Shown: in pieces, positions 50,692-64,000 of the stretch
Numbering within the stretch: position 1 is the stretch's first letter
Layout: each line of letters starts with the position of its first letter
From: the human T2T-CHM13v2.0 reference genome, Homo sapiens
Assembly (NCBI RefSeq): GCF_009914755.1
Contig: NC_060927.1
DNA: 64,000 nt
Strand: one strand, 5' to 3'
Position numbers and translations under genes: made by a program
Notes under the pieces: generated by a model
Database searches by the model: none
The model's input: the letters and a program-made list of their open reading frames with translations, nothing else
What the model was told of the DNA's origin: nothing

Positions 50692-51188
50692 TCAAGTCAG
50701 TGCCCGTTCAATTAAGTCAAGAACTGTTTCGAGTTCATTGCCATAACCTCATCTTCTAGAACCACAACAAGCACATAGCAGGGGCCCAGTAAAAACTTCA
50801 GGATCATTGAATGAACTAATTCCAGAGTCCTATCAAGTACAAGGTAGCTATCTAAACCTGTCAGCTTCTTCCTCCAGGTTATCCCCTCCCAGGCTTCGAC
50901 ACCCTTTGAAATGGATAAGATGTGTATGGAAAGAAGGAAAGTGACATTTCCTAAGCACCTAATGAGATAGGGTGCTAGTGAAACTGACATAATTTGGTAC
51001 CTAACTGAATACAGTACCGAACTGAATACATTTCCCGCCTCCCACTACCTCACCCCTGTATTCAGTTAGGCACCAATTAGAGATACAGAGAGAACAAAGA
51101 CAGGATCTAAGGGAAACAGGCAGCCAGTGGCAGAGGGAACCCAGTCCCACCCCCCCACCGCCAAGTCCGGGCCCGGCCGCGTCCTCAC

Positions 51189-51385
51189 CTGTAGAAGGTT
51201 TGCATGTGACGATACTTGGGCGGCACGGCCATGCAGCGTAGATCCGCCTCGTTGCGCACCGCCTGGAAGTCGCCGCAGCACAGCAAGAGGTCGACAGGCC
51301 CCGGGCCGCGCCGCTCTGCCAGCGCCAGCGTCTCATAGATCTTATCCAGCTCGCCGTGGCAGCAGCCAGCCACAGCCACCCGCAT
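51189..51385 (-). CDS. DBR1: DBR1 exon 1 coding part (197 nt), RNA lariat debranching enzyme
   Basis: [14 protein letters not shown]...[12 protein letters not shown]...AVPPKY shows Dbr1-type metallophosphoesterase motifs. Donor TAC AG|gtgagg. Confidence 0.98.
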
Positions 51386-51560
51386 TCTGCCGGCCTGAGG
51401 AGGTGAGCGCTGCCTGCAACGCCCTACACCACAGCCAGCCCAGGACCGACTGATCGCTCAGCTCCCGCCAACTTTAATAAGTATAGCCACCGCCTGGGTG
51501 TAGACTCCTGCAAAATAATTCACTTCCGGTTTCCAGATCTCGCGAGAGAGGGACCGGGAA
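51386..51560 (-). promoter_or_regulatory. DBR1: DBR1 5' UTR and CpG-island promoter with ETS (CACTTCCGG, 51521-51529) and BANP/ZBTB33-type palindrome (TCTCGCGAGA, 51538-51547)
   Basis: Exact consensus motifs immediately upstream of the CpG-rich first exon. Confidence 0.8.
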
Positions 51561-51754
51561 GGTCAAACCTAATTCTGGGATCCCAGGGAACTTATTTTCT
51601 TTTTTTCCTTTTTTCTTTTTTTTAATTATTGTTTTATGCAGTCAATATTTTTTTGTATATACATCCACAAATGTACTCTTTCCATCCTTACTCTTTTCTT
51701 CCTGGATTTCCATTTTTCTCTTTGGAATCATTTTTCTTCTGTCTGAAGAGCTCA

Positions 51755-56337
<4,583 letters not shown>

Positions 56338-58233
56338 TTACCAGAAAAAAAAAAAAACATTATTAGGGCAATTGACAAAATCTGAATAAGATCTGCAAAT
56401 TAGATAGAAGGATATTAGCATTAATTTCCCAATTTTGATCATTTCACTGGTGTTATATAAAGGAATTCCTTGTTTTCAGGAAACACACACTGAAATATTT
56501 AGGTGTAAATGGACATCATTTCTGAAACTTATTCTCAAATTACATATATATATATAAGTAAAGAGATATATATATCTTTACTTCTCTGCTCATACCTGTA
56601 TTGCAGGGGCTAGAAGCTAAGGAACCACATTTTTTGGATTCCCTTGCCACCTTAGTTCTGGATTAGGTTTTACAAGTGGGAGGCACTTGTGTGAGATTAG
56701 GAGGTAGAGGAAAGGTAAAAGCTGTTTCTTTTCTGTCTCTGGCAACTGTGGTAGCAGCAGACAAGCCTGACCTTCTCAGTGGCAGCCAGCACCCTAAGCT
56801 CCTTCAGTGGTGATGAACGTTCTGCAGCTCCTGATCTCAAGTAAAATAAACCCTGCCTGTTTGCAACTTTAGGTCTTCCAATAACTTGTCATCTTTTTGT
56901 TTAAAAAACTTAGAAGGGATTCTGTTTTCCTGTATGATATGCCAGTCAAGATGTTATTCATGTAAAAGGCAGCAAGCAGATGTTTTTGACCACTGAAAAG
57001 AACTCCAGGGAGACAACACTCATGGACCCTTCCTAAAAAAAAAGACTATAATGAAATCCAGCCAAATAAGAGGTGAATAAAAATAAGAATTCAGGAAGGA
57101 AGAATTGTGTTTAAAAGATGGATGATTAAAAATGGAGCAGTGTAAAGGGACAGGAAATGTTGCAGAGTAGTTAATACAAGGTAGTTCAGGAAGGCCTTGC
57201 TGTTAGGGTGACATATTGAGCAGAAACCTGCATGAAATAAGGGAGTGCACTATGGTGTATTTGGGCAATGGGTTTTCAAATTCGCTTATAAGTAAAGTGT
57301 TAACAAACATCAGGAAAAACATTCATCATTGCTATCCATATCTTATAATTGAACTAAGTGATTATGGCACCTATTACCACCTGATGGCAGCACGCTACAA
57401 GAAAGCTGAGAGACAGAGACCTATGCCTGATGCAGTAAAACTGTAGTCAGTAATTGTACAGAAAAGCAAACATCACAGACAGATAAAAGAGTCCTGTGGT
57501 GTCTCTAATCTCTGAACTTATCAGAAATTTGGTAGACTTTCTGATTTTAGCAGGAAAAAAACAAGGAATATCTCCTGTGTATAGGTTTTATGGCTTCCAA
57601 ATTATGTTCCTGTATTGTTAAGTGGTAAAAAGATCAGATCTATTTTGTGTAATTTGTTATTATTGCTTCCCCATTTGAAATGCATCTGCCTAATGTGGTC
57701 ACCCTTGCTTGAGGGAAGTAGGGGAGCCTTTCTATTACCTGGGCAATCCAGAAGGTCATATAACCATCAAAGATGGGCTGATAGTATATAGAGTGTTTCT
57801 TCTTCACCTATAAATAATTGGGGCTCTTGTCCTAATATGATTTTGGACAATCTGCCAGTGTTTCCACATCTATATCCAGGGAAGTAGTATCTTAATTGTT
57901 CGATTAGACAAATGTTCACGGATGAGCCATGATCTGTGTGGAATAGCATGCAGGGCTTTGCCTGCTTCATTCCTATTTACACTTCAGGTCAGAGCTTGGG
58001 TGCCAGCTCTACCATAAGGCCCTCCTATGATCTCAGTTCTGGTGAGGTTTCTCTCCTATGTACTCCCTTGGCCCCACACCCTCTCACTTACCACCCCACA
58101 GTGTAGTGACTTGTTAGCTTGACTCTCTACTTCTTGCCTGAAAGCTCTGTGAAAACAGGGAATATATCCATCTTGTTCATAATTGTATTCCACTCCTGGG
58201 CATTGTGCCTGGCACATAGTAGGTACCTAGTAT

Positions 58234-58280
58234 ATCTCTATCTATCTATCTATCTATCTATCTATCATCTATCTATCTAT
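58234..58280. repeat. (CTAT)n tetranucleotide STR at an L2 tail
   Basis: ctatctatctat... run directly after gcctggcacatagtagg. Confidence 0.9.
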
Positions 58281-59069
58281 GTTTTGTCAAATGAATAAAT
58301 TTCCAGGATCCTTAGCTAGGTTCTCTTTTGTGAAATTCTTTTCATTATTAAAATAAATTAAAAGAGTTTCTTTTTCATTATTAAAGAAAAACAGTTGCTC
58401 AATCCACAGTGACTCAATTTTTTACACTTACATTTTTCATTGTGTATTTCCTAAAAACAAGGGCATTCTTTCCATGACAGCAGTACAATTATCAAAATCA
58501 ATACATTAGCAATGATACCTTATCTACAGACTTTATTCAAATTTTTCCAATTTTCCCATTGATGTCCTTTATAGCAAAAGAAAAAAAAGTTTTCCCTTTT
58601 CTGAGATCCAATTACAGATCACAGGTTGCATTTAGCTGTCATATCATTTTGGTGTCCTTTAATCTGAAACAATTCCTCAGTTTTTCTTTCATGATATTTT
58701 TGAAGGGTATAGGTATGTTATTTTGTAGAATATTTCTTAACTAGGGTTTATCTGATGTTTCCTCATGATTATATTCATGTAGTTTTGGCAAGAATACCAC
58801 AGAAGTAATTTTGTGTTCTTCTCAGCGCATGATATCATGGTGTTTATTGCATTACTGGTGATACCAATTACAATGACTTAAATAAAATGTTACCTACCAT
58901 TAGTAGGTATCTAATGGCAGGTACTCTACTATCCTTAGTATCTTGTAGAGTGATACTTTAAGACTGTGTAAATATCCTGTTTCTCTTAATATTTTCACCA
59001 CTTAGTTGTGGCATCCATTGATGATTCTTGCTTGAAACAATTATAACTCACACAGTTGTCAAGTGTTGA

Positions 59070-61535
<2,466 letters not shown>

Positions 61536-63163
61536 TTAACTGTTTTGTTATCGTCACATGCAGGCTGAATCAAAAATTCCTTTTATCTTCCAATTTCTAC
61601 TCATTACTTAAGAGTGTACCTAAAGTTATTTATCAGCAAAATTTGAACTGGGAGCAAGATTCCTGATCTCCAAGCTTAGGAGTTGGCTATTCAATGCTTT
61701 CTTCCTGTAAAATGTCTATGTCAGTCTTCTGGATATAAAACAGGAAAGCCTGGGTAACAGACAGAGGTGTGAGATGTCTTGAGTCACATTTCTAGCTCCT
61801 CCCCGCTCGGATTTCAGCCACAGCAGCAGTGACAGTTCTGTGCAAGCTCAGATTTATGCTGCCTATATCCCACCCTAAGATGAAACCTGCAGACTCTGCT
61901 TTTTTGTATCAGGTTAAAGAAGCCCGTTCTGTTCTGGGCACAAATATAATCCAGGAGGGCAGGGAGTTAATAGCCCTAGGGAAATCCTCAACCAATACAT
62001 ATGGTATTGGTGGATGAATGCTGTAGCTTCAAGATGGACAATCCAGAGAGGTATTCTGTATGTTTTCAGAGGTGATTGAGGAATAAACAGTGGCATCAAT
62101 AATGGACAATTATCTTGAATATTTATTCTTTCTTTTTTCACTCTCCCTGACCTATCAATTTTGTTCCCTGAAAGCACTTACTAAATAAACAAAATGCACC
62201 CAAATCTTCGTCCCAGGCTCAAACTAAGCCAAAAATTCGTTCAACAAACATTTACTAAGTGACTGTGCTAGGCACTGAGATAGACAACCTAGAAGATAAA
62301 ACTCCCAGTGCCTGTCTTGAAGTGTATAGTGAGACAAACACGGAAACAATTAACAACAACAAAACCACCCTACAATTAAAGTGAAGTATGAAGGCATGGG
62401 GGAAAGGGTATCTAACCCATGCCTGGGGGAGACAATTCCTGGAGGATGTATTGCTTGAGCTAATGGATGGAGTGTGGATCAAATACAGTTATAATGACTC
62501 TATATACTATGTATTAGGGTTATGTTCTGCCCCATTGCAGTATGCAGTACATGATGTGATTTTAGGTGGTCCATGGATGGACATTTAAACTTTTTGTAGT
62601 TGATGTGTACTAGAATAAAAATAAGGAGCACAACAAACTTGATTTCACAGAGTATTATGGTTTAGGATAAAGCCAAAAATTTTTAATGAGTTGAAATTGG
62701 CTTTAAATAAAAATATTGAATGAATAATAATACCTAGGTGCAGATTGGCAAAGATTGTGTAGGTGGTGTACAGATTACCCAAGTTTCAGAAATAGTATTA
62801 TAGCAGAAGGACTACCTAAAATAAAATTCCTGCCTTCCAGGAATTCAACAGTTTGTTAAGGAACACAGACCCATAAGCAGGGGTGGTAAATGCTACACTA
62901 AATTTGGAAACCAAGTACAGGAGGAAGACAGGAAAACAGTGAGGAGCAGAGTGCGGGAGAGGCTACCAGCTACAAGACCAGTTGGAAGGCTATTGCTGTA
63001 GTCCAGGGGAGAGGTTACAAGAGCCTGAATTAGGGTGTGGCTATAGAAATGGAAGGAATACAAGTAATGTTAACAGGCCAATTGCAACCATACTGTGAAA
63101 ACCTTACTGGTTGCAAGCAGTACGAAGGTGAAACTTATCCAACCAAGTCAAGGGCAGTGTTGC

Positions 63164-63186
63164 ACACACACACACACACACACACA
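63164..63186. repeat. (CA)n microsatellite
   Basis: CA run. Confidence 0.9.
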
Positions 63187-63779
63187 AAGTAGTAGGACAG
63201 CTGAATTAATCAAGTATAATTGAAAGCATACTTTTATTTAGCTTCGGTTATGAGAGTGTTTTAGTGCGAAATATTTAGATATTTGCCCCCATTTTCCCCA
63301 CTTAACTCAGAAGCTGGAGAAATGTTAACACATATTGTATAACGCTTTCTATGTTCTAGGTTTTTTCTGAGAGCTTCACGTTTGTTGACTCCTCTATCCT
63401 CATTAACCTTTATTTTATAGATGAGGAAACTCAAACAGAAGGTTAGATAACTTGCCCAGGGTAAAGCAGCTGATAAATCAAGTAGCTAGGAAGAAACCCA
63501 AGCATTCTGGCTATTCTTAACACTACACCAGAATAAACGGGGCCGGCACACAACGCTAAGGCAAGTCACGTATCTGTATCGGATCGTGAAACAATCACTC
63601 TTACGGTTGGCAAAGGTTCTGGGATCGCAATTTCCCCACCTATAAAATGGAGATAACGACGCCGGGAGTTTGGTGCAGAGAGAGAGAATGAATATGAAAG
63701 TGAACTTCAAACTATGTATGTGGCTCCACGTACTACTTTTTCCAAATATGAATACTGGAATCCATAAACTGCAATTTAT

Positions 63780-64000
63780 CAGTCCGTAAAACTCGTAGCG
63801 TCAGGGCGAGACTCCGCCTCTGGGGCCCCGCCCACCGCGAGCGGCAGGTGGGGCCGGCAGATCTTCTTTGCGCATGCGGAAACCGCTGCCCGCTTCCACC
63901 TCTAACCCAGGCTCAGAGTAGCTGCTGTTTCTGAGAGAACGATTCGTAGGACAGCCCCTGACGCCATTCCCTTTTGCCCTTCTTTCTGCGGGCCTTTCCG
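63780..64000 (+). promoter_or_regulatory. ARMC8: CpG-rich promoter and 5' end of the next gene (probably ARMC8); GC box 63826-63833, NRF1-type TGCGCATGCG 63869-63878
   Basis: The rise in CpG density and the motifs are seen directly. The gene name comes only from recalled synteny (A4GNT-DBR1-ARMC8); no coding sequence is in the window. Confidence 0.6.

Noticed and set aside
56556-56583. AT-rich near-palindrome aagtaaagagatatatatatctttactt
   Set aside because: It is dominated by a self-complementary (AT)n core, so it is weak evidence.

Overview
Primate (apparently human, chr3q22.3 by recognition) genomic DNA, dense in Alu, L1, L2 and LTR remnants. It holds two complete minus-strand genes reconstructed exon by exon. 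A4GNT (alpha-1,4-N-acetylglucosaminyltransferase) has 2 coding exons giving 340 aa, plus a probable non-coding exon 1. DBR1 (lariat debranching enzyme) has 8 coding exons, 1635 nt, 544 aa. A CpG-rich promoter sits at the right edge, probably that of ARMC8. Most short ORFs in the track are Alu or L1 translation noise. The unusual signal is a set of short, locally templated duplications and fold-back inversions. (1) A 120-bp, indel-free, still-open copy of the last A4GNT coding exon lies inside an intronic L2, with a snap-back junction, an in-frame cryptic acceptor and a downstream AATAAA. (2) A composite direct and inverted repeat flanks DBR1 exon 2 and could form mutually exclusive local and long-range RNA helices. 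(3) An 82-bp local copy lies in DBR1 intron 5. (4) Several template-switch hairpins lie inside L1 remnants. Repeat subfamily names and boundaries were judged by eye and are approximate. All functional proposals are untested inference.
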